From contig CAXXMR010000012.1 in assembly GCA_963663805.2 (NCBI GenBank), positions 256,001-320,000 on the forward strand: 64,000 bases of DNA, given 5' to 3'. Under the pieces are notes generated by a model. That model was not told where the DNA came from, ran no database searches, and worked only from the letters and a program-made list of their open reading frames with translations. Made by a program: the position numbers and the translations under genes. How positions within the stretch are numbered: position 1 is the first letter of the stretch; every line of letters begins with the position of its first letter. The stretch comes from Sedimentisphaerales bacterium. GTDB lineage: Bacteria; Planctomycetota; Phycisphaerae; Sedimentisphaerales; SM23-30. This document shows, in pieces, positions 52,064 to 63,602 of the stretch.

Positions 52064-52089
52064 GCTCTATATAACAATCTAAGTCAAAC

Positions 52090-52855
52090 TTAGAAGCTGG
52101 CAGCCAGACTTACGCCGGCCCACAGTTCGCCATCATCACCATTGTTCATGGCTTCATCCATGGTAATCTGATAGTTGATCGAAGGACTGAGGCTGATGTT
52201 TTCGGCGATTTCAAAAGTGGTCGAAGCGCCAAAGATCGCGACGTTCCATTCATAGTCCAGGTCACCGGTGACACTGCCGTTATAAGCGGTAGCGGCGCTG
52301 AGCGAAATAACCTGGTCGGTTACCGGGCAAACAACATCATAGCCCAGGCTCACAATATGAACCCAGCCGTTGACGTCATTATCTTCGCTGCTCTGGGCGT
52401 CCCACAGCTTGCCGGCATAGTAGCTCGGCACTAGACCGAACTCAAAAACATTAGGCAGGGTAATCGAAGCACCCAGCTCCATCGCGTCAGCGACACTGCC
52501 AGTCTTCGGATAGTCATAGTAGATATAGCCCACGCAGACATCTGTCTGGAACGCTTCATCCTGCATCAGGGAAACATTGTAATTCAGGACATAGTCCAGT
52601 TCCCATGCCATTCTCATTGCCGCTGCCGAAAGGCATCGAACCCCAAATCTTGCCGCCGAAGCTGCCCATGTCGGTCTCGACGAAAGTATAGCTGACGCTG
52701 GGCTGATAAGCACCATGGTCATCATACACATCATAGCCGTACCACATGTACTTGCTGACGAAGTCGATGCTGGCATCTACGCCAACCTGAGCCTGTACCG
52801 CACTGCCGGCAACCATTACCAGCAACGCAACCAAAATAATAATCCTTTTTGCCAT
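52090..52855 (-). CDS. Outer-membrane beta-barrel protein (TorF/Gcw_chp-like); frameshift near 52605
   Basis: Signal peptide MAKRIIILVALL...AVQA, FVSKYMWYG...YQPSVSYTF, ELDY, GYIYYDYP, terminal Phe (SLAASF). Confidence 0.7.
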
Positions 52856-53465
52856 TGTGAAATCTCCTTTCGCATTGCGAAAAATACTTTTCCAGTTTTC
52901 CAATACTACATACATAACCTTGCGGGCAATACGTGCTGGGTTTTATATAATCGGTAATTTATCTATCGCAACCGATTTATTTAACCACCCACCTTCTGCC
53001 CCTGTCCGGGATCCGACCGGCATAAGTTTTAAATGTCGCTCCCGAGACTCGCGTTTATTTTTTCACCGGTAAGGCCAACCCCCGCGGCATGACGCCCGCA
53101 TATTGACCACGGATAATCTCCTTGGTTGATATGTCAGCATCCTGATTGACCAACGGCGATCCCGGTGTTGAAAACCGCCGTCACTGCCTCTATGTATTTT
53201 TCTGGTCTTTCAATATTCCTTTATCGAACAGGTCTTTGTTGCTCTTATTATCGTATCGCGGCTTTATATATAGCAAGCCGAGCATCTTTGCCAGTAAAAA
53301 AATAGCGTTTTTTCGCTAAATACTTTATACGGAACAGGATTATCTAATATCCCGGACCTGCCAAAGACAATAATTCTATCGGCAAAATCACTCTGGTTCG
53401 TCCAGATGAATTCCCTGGCAATTGTCAAAACAAGGTTCTCAGCCCTGAAAAAGCAGATGCCTTAG

Positions 53466-54050
53466 TTACAGCAACCCTTCACCAAAACTCGACAGCCCGC
53501 TGTGGCCATCATCATCATCTTCTTCATCATCTTCATTATCAGCAACGGAGTCTTCCGCCAGTTGCTCAGGACGGGACGATTCGTGGCTTGGTTTACCATC
53601 ATCGTGGTCATGGTCGTGATGAGGATACATATCTTCATAGTCATCACCCAGCTCTGTGGGCCGATAGCCCGGCTGTTTCGACCTTTCAACTTCTTCATGG
53701 TAGGCTTCAACTATGGCAGTTTGAATAGCTTCTCTTGCCTGGCTGTTTACGGGGTGGGCTACGTCGGCGTGTAGTTTGGTGCGACCGTCACTGCCGCGGT
53801 TGGCGCGATTTTCGTTAAGATGCCCACCACAATCGCCGCAGAACTTTGCGCGAAGGTGGTTTTTCGAGCCGCATGAGGGGCACCTGTCGGTTAATTTTCT
53901 TGAGGGCATGGCGACGAAATATCCGCCGGCCCCCTCGATAATCTTTAAGTCCCTGACAACAAAGTCGTTGTCGAAAGTTACCGAGCAAAAAGCCTTGAGT
54001 CGGTCCGTTCGGTTTCCTACAAGTTTGATGCGAATTTCAGATATCTGCAT
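53466..54050 (-). CDS. spoVG: SpoVG family protein with zinc-ribbon insertion and acidic tail
   Basis: MQISEIRIKL, LKAFCSVTFDNDFVVRDLKIIEG...FVAMPSRK, CPSC/CGDC, DVAHPVN; downstream of ispE. Confidence 0.88.
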   Translation of the reverse strand: MQISEIRIKLVGNRTDRLKAFCSVTFDNDFVVRDLKIIEGAGGYFVAMPSRKLTDRCPSCGSKNHLRAKFCGDCGGHLNENRANRGSDGRTKLHADVAHPVNSQAREAIQTAIVEAYHEEVERSKQPGYRPTELGDDYEDMYPHHDHDHDDGKPSHESSRPEQLAEDSVADNEDDEEDDDDGHSGLSSFGEGLL

Positions 54051-54978
54051 GGTGCACCTCCAGGATTGGTTGTGCGAGGTCCAGGAATCGTACCACCTGA
54101 CTCCGTGCCAGGTTGTTGTCATTTAAGAGGTTAGCCCATTCTTGGGCCTGTTCTTGCGAGTCTGTTGTGCAGTAGAGACAACTGCCGCTGCCGGAAAGAT
54201 TCAATGGGCCAATGCCGGTGTTCTCGATGTCTTTCCAGAGTTTATCCAGCTGGGGATTGTGTTGGAGGCATGGTTCGGTGAGGCTGTTTATCTTCTGTAT
54301 TACCAAGCCGTTAAGGTCGCCGTATTGCAGATGATACTGTACCCGGCGGAACAAGTCTGCGGTGATATTCTCCTGATGCTGATACCTTCTATATACCTCA
54401 ACCGTAGAGCAGTGAATTTCGGGTAAGATTAGTAGTAAGAAGCGGTTACAGGTATGGGGGATGTTCATTACTTTTTCACCGCGGCCGGTGCAAAGGGCGA
54501 CAGGACCCTGGAGAAAAAATGGTACGTCGCTGCCGAGTTGGGCTGCCAGTTCTGACAATTGTTCTATTGATAAGTCAAGGTTGTAAAGATAGTTAAGGCC
54601 GTAGAGACATGCGGCTGCGTCACTGGAGCCTCCGCCGAGGCCTGCTCCTGAGGGGATAATTTTTTCGAGGTGAATATCTACCGCCAAGGGGGTTTTGGTT
54701 GCGTCACTGATGATTTGAGCGGCTTTATAAACAAGATTTTCCGGGCCCGATGGGGTTTCTAAGCCACTGCAAGTTAAAGAGATACCAAGTTTGTTGCTGC
54801 GAGAAACAGAGATATTATCACAAAAATCGACGGTGGCCATTACGGTGTGGATTTCGTGGAAATTATCGGGGCGGCGGTCGAAGACGATTAGGGAAAGATT
54901 GATTTTGGCAGGTGCGCGCAGGGACAAACTGGTCGGTTGGGCCTGTAATGAACACTTACTCATCAGGGATGTCTGCAT
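54037..54978 (-). CDS. ispE: 4-diphosphocytidyl-2-C-methyl-D-erythritol kinase
   Basis: APAKINLSL, IPSGAGLGGGSSDAA, LGSDVPFF, LSGSGS. Confidence 0.95.
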   Translation of the reverse strand: MQTSLMSKCSLQAQPTSLSLRAPAKINLSLIVFDRRPDNFHEIHTVMATVDFCDNISVSRSNKLGISLTCSGLETPSGPENLVYKAAQIISDATKTPLAVDIHLEKIIPSGAGLGGGSSDAAACLYGLNYLYNLDLSIEQLSELAAQLGSDVPFFLQGPVALCTGRGEKVMNIPHTCNRFLLLILPEIHCSTVEVYRRYQHQENITADLFRRVQYHLQYGDLNGLVIQKINSLTEPCLQHNPQLDKLWKDIENTGIGPLNLSGSGSCLYCTTDSQEQAQEWANLLNDNNLARSQVVRFLDLAQPILEVHHADI

Positions 54979-55319
54979 GTTGCTGAGTCTCGGCTCGCCT
55001 GCACATAAATTCCTGCTGTGAAACGAGTTGTTGCTTTGCCATCAAGATGTCGGCCTGGAACAGCCGCAAAAGACACCTTCAGGCACGGGTCTTATTCTAG
55101 TATTCTAAGCTGGATGGCTCCAATGTCAAGCAGAGAATATTATTCAAATACGCGGTGGTGGTGGGGCGGAATGTGATGAAAAATCCGCGCGAAAGGGCCT
55201 GAACGGTCGTTTTTTGACGATTTTTTGACAGTTTTTTTGCGAAAATTCGTGTTTTTTTGAGTTTTTGGCGTTTTTTTGGTAAAAAAGGAGCCGGAAAATG
55301 TACCGGACACCGTTCCTCA

Positions 55320-56566
55320 TTACCATTCGTTTTTCATTATTTCTCTTAGCACGGTTGTCGCGTAGCAGCCTGAATCGAGCTCGAAATCCACCTGCACAAA
55401 TTTACTATGTTCATCTATTCCGCACTCGACTTTCACATTCCGCGGCTGAAAGCGTAAAGGCCGCCTGCCGCCCTGGCTGTAATAATAGTTCAGTTTCTCG
55501 AATTCGCTCGACTCCAGCTCCACCTCCGCCAGTATCCGGTTCTCCACCTCACCAGCCGGGCCGGTAACCTCGGTCATCCGTTTGCCCATTAGCGGCCCGG
55601 TCGGCGAAATTTCGAACCGCTCACACCGCGGCTGCTCCGCTATCGCGTCCTCCACATGGAAGCAGGCTCCGTTACGGTGCAGATAAGCCACATCACCTTC
55701 CAGTATCTTATCAATCCCCGGCATACGGCCGGCCACAATCTGATTGAACACATCCGACTGAAACGCTGAGACAAAAAACCTCTTAATATCCTTACTCAGA
55801 ATTTTATACGCCTTGGCCTTATTTCCGCCGTTTTTGACCAATGCCCGTAAAAGCCGTCGATGGTCCGGGAAGCTGCCCGGCCAGGCATCATGGGCCCGCT
55901 GATAATCACCCTGCTCATACAGTCCTCGCGCCACCAGCGTCACCGAACGGTCCCCCGCAATCGGCATTCCCAAATAGAGGTCCATAAACTGTTCCGGCGC
56001 ATCCCGAATAATCATCCACCCTAACAGCGCCGAGTCACCCCGCTGGCCGAACCGCTGCGGGCCAAAATAATTCGGCACCCCGCGCCGCACCATAATTTCC
56101 ATTATTGCCTGAGTTCTGTCCGCGGCCTCTGTCGCCTCGCCGTCAAATTCCCTCAGCCGAATCGCAAACTTATTAGCCGCCAGATGCCCCACTTTCAGCT
56201 TATTGCCATGCCGTGTAACTTCCAACACCTTAATCCCCGGCACCTCAAGCCCCGCCAGGGGCCTCCGGGTCGATATGTTCGATTGATATCCACTGCCGGG
56301 TCACCGCCCGGGTATCTTTGCGTCCGGCGTATCCGATTTGATGCCGACGCACCTTCAGCGCCCGGGCGATACGCTCCAAAGCATCCACCGTCGCCATCAG
56401 CCTCTTTTCGATAAACCCGTAAACATGCGTACCTTCCCCCGCTCAGTTCATATCTGCCCACTTCCTCAACATAAAAATCTTCCGGGTGAACCTTCAGCCG
56501 CCCCCCGATCCCCTCCACATCGCTGGTTAAATAAGGCAGCCTGTCCGAATATTCTTCAATGCTCAT
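55320..56566 (-). CDS. truD: tRNA pseudouridine(13) synthase TruD; two frameshifts (about 56438 and 56260)
   Basis: PEDFYVEEV; a hidden middle frame gives IGYAGRKDTRAVTRQWIS; then GHLAANKF, VPNYFGPQRFG, FELDSGCYATTVLREI. Breaks lie at G5 and C4 runs. Confidence 0.88.
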
Positions 56567-56856
56567 AACACTCCCATTCAATAGTCTTTCACACCATAAC
56601 CGCCTGTTCTCTCCCCGTCAACCCTCATGCCATGTTGTTCACTTATGGGCGTGTTGCTCAAACGTTCAATTATATCATCAACCGCGAAGACCAGAGGCCT
56701 TGCTGCGCAAGAAGGTGCGTGTCGCACTGATAAATCGCCGCGGTAGTTTGGGGGTAGCGGCGCTCCCGCTGGCTTTTAATCAATCTTGCAATTTAACCAA
56801 AAATCTGCTAAAATACTTTTCTGCGTACAGGATGCCCAGTAACCAGGAGTACTATC

Positions 56857-57750
56857 ATGACTAACCCTCCTCGGAGAATAGGAATAATTGGCGGTTCAGG
56901 CCTGGGCCAGGCCCTGACCGAGAGAACTGCTTCCGGCTACGAAAATGTCGTTGAGACTCCTTTCGGCACTCCTTCTTCGCCCATTATCACCAGCGAACTG
57001 GATGGCGTTCCCATCGCCTTCCTCGCCCGCCATGGTCCAGGCCACATGCTCAACCCCTCAGTAGTACCCTACCAGGCCAACATCTACGCCCTGCGTGAAC
57101 TCGGCTGCCGCCATGTTATCGCCAGCGGCGCCTGCGGCTCGTTACAACAAGACATCCACCCCCGCGACCTGGTTATCGCCGACCAGGTCATCGATAAAAC
57201 CTTCAAACGTCCTAATAGTTTTTTCGACGGCCACCTCGCCGTCCACGTCGATTTTGCCTACCCGTTCTGCGATTCACTCCGCACCCTGCTTATTGACACC
57301 GCTGGCAAACTCAACCTCAAAGTCCACGGAAAAGGCACCTACGTTTGTATGGAAGGCCCCCAGTTCAGCACCCGTGCCGAATCACTGCTCCATCAAAGCT
57401 GGGGTGCACATCTCATCGGCATGACCTGTATGCCCGAAGCCAAACTCGCCCGCGAAGCCGAAATGTGTTACGCCCTGGTCGCCCTGCCCACCGATTATGA
57501 CTGTTGGAAACCCCACACCGGTTCGACCGACAAGCACGCTCTCATGACCGAAATTATAGGTAACCTTCAAGCCGCCACCGAAAACGCCGTCACCCTCATC
57601 GAAGCCGCTGTCAAAGCTGCCGCTCCATTGCTCGGCCAGACCTGTCAGCACCATAACGCCCTCGAACTGGGCATCTGGTCAAACAAAGATTCCATCACCG
57701 ACCCAACCTGGCATAAATTAAAAATGTTAATCGAACCATATGTCTTCTAA
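56857..57750 (+). CDS. mtnP: S-methyl-5'-thioadenosine phosphorylase
   Basis: IGIIGGSG, VETPFG, FLARHG, CMEGPQFSTRAES, IGMT, TDYDCW. Confidence 0.93.
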   Translation: MTNPPRRIGIIGGSGLGQALTERTASGYENVVETPFGTPSSPIITSELDGVPIAFLARHGPGHMLNPSVVPYQANIYALRELGCRHVIASGACGSLQQDIHPRDLVIADQVIDKTFKRPNSFFDGHLAVHVDFAYPFCDSLRTLLIDTAGKLNLKVHGKGTYVCMEGPQFSTRAESLLHQSWGAHLIGMTCMPEAKLAREAEMCYALVALPTDYDCWKPHTGSTDKHALMTEIIGNLQAATENAVTLIEAAVKAAAPLLGQTCQHHNALELGIWSNKDSITDPTWHKLKMLIEPYVF

Positions 57751-57774
57751 ATAAGCAGTATCCAGGACCATGCC

Positions 57775-59139
57775 ATGCAGGAACCAATCCTCTCTTCCTA
57801 CGGCCAACTTTCATTAACCCCTTCACCAGTTGCGGCCATGATGGCGGATTTCTCTAGAGACTTCCGGCCCGGTCTGGACATCAACCTTGGTGTCGGCTAT
57901 GTCAACGAGGAAACCATCCCTCGCCAACTCATCTCCGACTCACTCAACTATGTCCTCCAGAACCCCGACAAACACCCCCATGCGCTAAATTACGGCGACC
58001 CTGCCGGTTCAGCCCGGCTGATTAAGAGTATCGGCGACTATCTCATCCGCGAGAAAATCGGCCAACTCACTTGCGACATCCTCGATACCAAACGCATCAT
58101 CGTCGGAGCCAACGGAGCGACCAGCGTACTCGACGCCCTCGCCTCGGTTCTGCCCAAAGGTATCGTTATTACTACCGACCCCATTTACTTTATCTACAGC
58201 AACGCCCTCGAACGTGCCGGCTTTGAGATTCTGGCCCTGCCCGAAGACGACCACGGCCTCGACCCTCAGATTTTTCGCAAAACCATTGATTCCCTCGGTC
58301 CGCGTACCGAAGAAATAAGTTTCATTTACATCATTACCGTTAATAACCCCACTTCGGTCATCCTTTCCAGCTCCCGCAAACAACAGCTCGTTACTCTCGC
58401 CGCCGAACTCTCTCAGAAACTGAATCGCAAAGTACCCATCATCTTCGACCGAGCCTACGAAGACCTCATCCACGACCCCGAAGTACCCGAACCGGACTCC
58501 GCCCTGCTCCACGACCGGCACGACCTGGCCTACGAGCTCTCATCACTGTCCAAAACCCTGGCCCCCGCTTTTCGGCTCGGCTACCTCGTCGGACCCCGCG
58601 GACCGCTCATGGGACACCCTCATCCAGAAAGCATCCGACATCGGCTTCTCCGCCCCGCTCATCCTCCAGGAAATGGCCGCTTATCTGCTCGACCATCATC
58701 TCACCGACCAGATTGGCCGGGTCAAAAAAGCCTACCGCGAAAAAGCGTTAGCCACTAAAAAACTTATCGAAACCCATCTCGGCCCCCACCTTGAAGATTG
58801 TCGCGGCGGACAAGCCGGATTCTTCTATTACCTCACCTTGAACAATACCGACACCACACCCGGCTCACCCTTCTTTAGATACCTGTCCCGCACCACCGGC
58901 AACCCCGAAATCGACGGTCCCGCTAACTGCAAAGCCCCCGCGTTGTTTACATCCCCGGTCAATTCTGTGTCCACCGCCACGGCAGCCAGACTCACCTTGG
59001 CCAAAGACAAATACGCATCTCCTACGCCTTCGAAGAACTCCCTCAGATTCAAGCCGCGCTGCCCCTAATCGCCCAGGCCCTCAGCTACGCCCAGGAATCA
59101 TCCCAGCGTTCACAACGAGCAACCCCCATGGTGAAATAA
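57775..59139 (+). CDS. PLP-dependent aminotransferase class I/II; two frameshifts (about 58612 and 58937)
   Basis: INLGVG, VNNPT, IFDRAYEDL, SLSKTLAPAFRLGY; third frame VYIPGQFC...IRISYA ends TAA at 59139. Confidence 0.8.
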
Positions 59140-60730
59140 ATGACCATTAACCGCAGAGATTTCATCACAGACTCTTTCGCCGCTTTACTATCGTTAAGCA
59201 TTTATAATCACACCTCCGCCTCGTCTGCTAAATCAGAAAAACCTAATATCCTTTTCTGTATTGCCGACGATGCCTCATATCCTCACCTGAGTGCCTACGG
59301 CTGCCAATGGATTAACACACCGGCTTTCGATCGCGTCGCCCGGCAAGGAATTATTTTCACCAATGCTTATACCCCCAACGCTAAATGCGCCCCTTCCCGC
59401 GCTTGCGTACTCACTGGCCGAAATTCCTGGCAGCTCGAACAAGCCGCCAACCATCTGCCCAACTTCCCCCAAAAATTCATTACCTACCCCGAAACCCTAA
59501 AGGCACAAGGCTATCACGTCGGCTATACCGGCAAAGGCTGGTCGCCCGGCAACCCCGGCACGGACTCAACCGGCACACCCCGTAACCTTTGCGGAACTCC
59601 TTACCTTCAGCACAAAACCACCCCGCCCACCAGCGGCATTTCATCCTGTGACTACGCCGCGAATTTTCAAGTCTTCCTCGATGACCGCAAAGACAACCAG
59701 CCTTTCTGCTTCTGGTACGGCGGACACGAACCCCATCGCCGTTATGAATTCAATTCAGGCCGCGAAAAAGGCGGCAAGGAAATCGCCGAAATTGATAAAG
59801 TTTTCGATTTTTGGCCCGACAACGAAACCACCCGCACTGACCTGCTCGACTATGCCTATGAAATTGAATATTTCGATTCCCACCTCCAAAAGATGCTCCA
59901 GACACTCGAACAAAGAAACCTGCTCGATAACACCATCGTCGTGGTAACCGCCGACAACGGCATGCCCTTCCCCAGAATCAAAGGCCAGGAATACGAATAC
60001 TCCAACCACCTGCCCCTGGCTCTCATGTGGAAAAACCAACTCGCTCAACCCGGCCGAATCGTCTCTGATTACGTCAGCTTCATTGATTTTGCGCCGACTT
60101 TTATCGAGCTTGCCGACATTAAACCAGAACAAAATAAAATGCAGCCGATTCAGGGCCGCAGCCTTACCGATATTATCTATTCAACCAAAACCGGCCAGGT
60201 AAATCCCAGCCGCGACCACGTCCTCATCGGCAAAGAAAGGCACGACCCCGGCAGACCCAACAATGCAGGCTACCCCATCCGCGGTATTGTCCAGCAGCCT
60301 TACCTTTATATCCAAAACTTTGAAACTGACCGCTGGCCCGCTGGAAACCCCGAAACCGGATACCTCAACTGCGACGGCAGCCCCACTAAAACGGTCTGCC
60401 TCCAGGCCTGCAATAAACCCGAAGAACATAAGTACTGGCAATGGTCGTTCGGAAAACGCCCCCCAATATGAGCTTTACAATATCAAAGAAGACCCCGACT
60501 GCCTTAACAACCTCGCCGAACTGCCCAAATTTGAGAAAACCAGAGAAACCCTCCAGAATCGCCTGTTCAAGGAACTCAAAGAACAAAATGACCCCAGAAT
60601 GCAAGGCAAGGGCTATATCTTCGACGAATATAAATTTCACAAAAAGAGACTTCAGGATTTATACGAAAGATTTATGGCTGGAGAAGAAATCGATACCTCA
60701 TGGGTAAACGATTCTGATTTCCCAAAATAA
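59140..60730 (+). CDS. Sulfatase with Tat signal; frameshift at a C run near 60460
   Basis: RRDFI twin-arginine, [11 protein letters not shown], formylglycine motif [26 protein letters not shown]. Confidence 0.9.
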
Positions 60731-60731
60731 T

Positions 60732-61283
60732 CTAATCTTCTCCGCCTCGACTTTTGGCTTCACGTCGGGAAAGCGTAATCAGCAGCAGAACTACCCCCAC
60801 GCATAGCCATGCGTCAGCCAGATTAAAGGTCGGCCAGGGGTGGCAAGGCCAAAAACCTAAATCAACTTCCAGAAAATCCACTACCAGCCCACCATTAAAA
60901 ATCCGGTCATGCATATTCCCCAAAGCTCCGCCCAAAATCAGCCCCAACGCCAAATGGCAAACGTGATTTTTCTTTTCCGAACTAACGAACATCCACCCCA
61001 CAAAAACCAAAGCCGCCAAAGACGCACCCAGTAGCAGCGCTGTCTTGCCCGCCCCCAGACCTGCCACCGCTCCGGGATTCTCAACCAACGCCAACCGAAA
61101 ATAACCTTCTATCAGAACCCGCGGCTTAGGTGCCTCCACAGTGCCCAGCGACGATACCGCCCAGTGCTTACTGGTCAAATCACTCACCAAAGCCGCCGCA
61201 CCTGCCAGCCCGAACCATAAATGAGCCCCCGGACTCTTCAATGCTGAATTGCCCCAGTCGATACTACCGGAAGTCTTGCCCAT
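60732..61283 (-). CDS. lspA: Lipoprotein signal peptidase II
   Basis: DLTSKHW, ENPGAVAG, GGALGNMHDR, VVDFL, FNLADA. Confidence 0.95.
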   Translation of the reverse strand: MGKTSGSIDWGNSALKSPGAHLWFGLAGAAALVSDLTSKHWAVSSLGTVEAPKPRVLIEGYFRLALVENPGAVAGLGAGKTALLLGASLAALVFVGWMFVSSEKKNHVCHLALGLILGGALGNMHDRIFNGGLVVDFLEVDLGFWPCHPWPTFNLADAWLCVGVVLLLITLSRREAKSRGGED

Positions 61284-61292
61284 AACCGCTCC

Positions 61293-61328
61293 AAAAAAAA
61301 GCAGGCCGGCATTTACGACCGTCCTGCT
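61293..61328 (-). terminator. Terminator-like stem between the dksA-like gene and lspA
   Basis: AGCAGG...CCTGCT stem with an A8 run on the + strand. Confidence 0.5.
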
Positions 61329-61358
61329 CTATCAGCTAACATTATATCGCTTATTACC

Positions 61359-61907
61359 TCAGTCGTTGACCTCAACGGCCTCTTCGTCCTCTTCATCCTG
61401 AGAATCTCTAAGGAAGTCGTCATTGCCACTGGGAGGTTTGACCAGACCTTTCTCGATCTTATTCATGTGCTCTACCGTATACCTAGCCCAGGGCTTGGCA
61501 TTGAGCCTGGGCCTGCCTATGAACTGCCCCGTACTCTCACAAAGACCGTAAGTTCCCTCGGCCATCTTTGCTAAAGCACGGTCAATATCGGTCAGAATCT
61601 TGCGGTCACTGGCAATCAGGTCCAGAGTGAACTCCTGCTCGTAATTATCGGTACCAATATCAGCCATATGGATAGGCATACTGGATAAGTCGCCCGAACC
61701 GTCATGGCCTTTACGCAAAGCGCCCAGGTTCATAAACCCAACATCGCCAACGATTTCACGACGTTTGGCAAGTAGCATTTCCTGAAACTGCTCGATTTCT
61801 TCCAGACTCAAAGGAGCCTCTATCTCCTTTGAAATCGGAGGCTTACGTCTAGTCGTCCGCTTAGGGCTAACCTTCTTGGGAGAATCATTCTTCTTTGGTG
61901 CTGCCAT
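61359..61907 (-). CDS. TraR/DksA family transcription factor
   Basis: HMADIGTD coiled-coil tip, IDRALAKMAEGTYGLCESTG...RLNAKPWARY. Confidence 0.85.
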   Translation of the reverse strand: MAAPKKNDSPKKVSPKRTTRRKPPISKEIEAPLSLEEIEQFQEMLLAKRREIVGDVGFMNLGALRKGHDGSGDLSSMPIHMADIGTDNYEQEFTLDLIASDRKILTDIDRALAKMAEGTYGLCESTGQFIGRPRLNAKPWARYTVEHMNKIEKGLVKPPSGNDDFLRDSQDEEDEEAVEVND

Positions 61908-62327
61908 TTCATAAATCCATATAATAAAAACAGTTACAACCAGTACGACAAACTGCTAAAATGCCCAACCAGCCACAGCAGGTCTACAGAATCATAGCCA
62001 GACATTAGTTCTGGTCAAGCAAAAGGAGTTGTGCGAACCATATTTTCCTACCATCTATCGGTAAGATAACAACTTGTCTACAGCCTTAATCGCACAGAAC
62101 AGCATTCAACTGTAGTTCAATCTGCTTTTTTTACCTCTTAAAGCTGCCAATCCCCCCGGCATTAGTGGCCCGAATCATCCTCTCCTAACAACCGACATAT
62201 TCCGCCCAGTTTTACATCCCCGCAATGCCACCATAACTATCTAACAACACAAATGTTATAAGAATGAACCTTTATATCATCCTTTTATTGCTCAGGGCAC
62301 AATCTTTGCGACTTTTACCCACGAATA

Positions 62328-62702
62328 ATGCTAAACCCAAGGAGTATCAGCATGCACAAAGTAACCGCCTCGACCTTTTTGATAATCGCTTTATGCGTAA
62401 TTGCTTGTGGATGCAATACTTATAAATCAGACCCCGGCCGCAGCCTCGCTCAATCATCATACAATCCCGATATTATTTTCACCCCCAACCACAAAAATTA
62501 CCACCCCGATAACTTTATCTCGCAGCTGCCCACCCGTAACACCTGGCCCCGCGACCGCAGCCAAAGCGACATAAACACATATCAAATAACCAGATACCAC
62601 GAACTATTCGAGAATCGCCTTGATACCAGTAACCCCGCCCGGCCCAAAAGAAGGCTAAAACAGTCAATTTCCGGAGAAAGATTCAACATTACGGTCCGGT
62701 AA
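62328..62702 (+). CDS. Hypothetical lipoprotein
   Basis: Hydrophobic N-terminus ending IACGC; SD AAGGAG precedes the ATG at 62352, the likely start. Confidence 0.5.
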   Translation: MLNPRSISMHKVTASTFLIIALCVIACGCNTYKSDPGRSLAQSSYNPDIIFTPNHKNYHPDNFISQLPTRNTWPRDRSQSDINTYQITRYHELFENRLDTSNPARPKRRLKQSISGERFNITVR

Positions 62703-63287
62703 GTTTTTTCTGCTAACCGTTTCTCCAAAAAATACTTACAAAAAATATTTTTTTTGGGGGCCCGTCCCCAATTCCCACTCTAATCCTCTAAGTGCATAAC
62801 TCGCTAATATCAAAATACTTACATTTATTAGCCCCATATCCCCTCATGGTCGGCCTTAAAAAAACTGACCGGCCCGCCCCCTCGCCCAAGCCCTAACCCC
62901 TTGCATCATAACTTTATCCATAGTATAATGTTATGACCAATATCCTTTTGGCCGATTATGTATACTGGCCAGGAGGGTTTCGTGCCCCAGGGCCGCATGA
63001 TACAGAGTTTTTTTGTTGTTTAAGTACATCATAGTTGGGTTTTTCGGAGCTGCCCGGTCTTCGTTAAGGTCCGCTGGATGAATACAAAACGTTCATAAGG
63101 TTTTTTTGAAAAAGGGCTTGACGTTTTATAACCCTGATACTAAAGTGAAATACGTTCGTGCCGGACTACGGCGGCAAATATCACAATTGTTTCTTATCAA
63201 GGGTTTAATTTGGCTCATGGCACGTTTGCCGATGTGGCAGTTCCGGGCAGTAACAGTGCAGGCCCAGTGATTTTGGAGAGGTTCCAA

Positions 63288-63602
63288 ATGGCGACCATCA
63301 CGAAAAAAGAGTTGATTGATCGGATTTCTGAAAAGACCAACAATAAAAGAGTTGTGGTCAAAAAGGTTATACAGGCCTTTCTCGATGACATCATCGAAGA
63401 GCTTGGCAGTGATAACCGCTTGGAATTCCGTGATTTCGGTGTGTTCGAAACCAAACAAAGAGCAGCTCGAGTAGCCCAGAACCCCAAAACCCTCGAAAGG
63501 GTACAGGTTCCGCCCAAACGCACCGTTAAGTTTAAGGTTGGTCGGCTTATGAAGCTCCGCCTGCAGCAGGAGGACGAAAAGGACTTCGGCAAACAGGGCT
63601 AA
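63288..63602 (+). CDS. HU/IHF family DNA-binding protein
   Basis: ITKKELIDRI, LEFRDFGVFE, ARVAQNPKTLERV, VKFKVG; SD GAGAGG before the ATG at 63288. Confidence 0.92.
   Translation: MATITKKELIDRISEKTNNKRVVVKKVIQAFLDDIIEELGSDNRLEFRDFGVFETKQRAARVAQNPKTLERVQVPPKRTVKFKVGRLMKLRLQQEDEKDFGKQG

Noticed and set aside
52860..53460. Riboswitch or small ORF in the long region upstream of the OMP gene
   Set aside because: No cobalamin, TPP or other consensus I could identify, and no convincing ORF; an Rfam scan is needed to exclude it.
5169..60730. Widespread pseudogenisation or programmed frameshifting (PAS sensor, phosphatase, PEP-CTERM start, secreted protein, OMP, truD, aminotransferase, sulfatase)
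   Set aside because: The breaks are single-base indels, mostly in short homopolymers, with otherwise intact motifs and no decay. Long-read consensus error is the simplest explanation; polishing with accurate reads would settle it.
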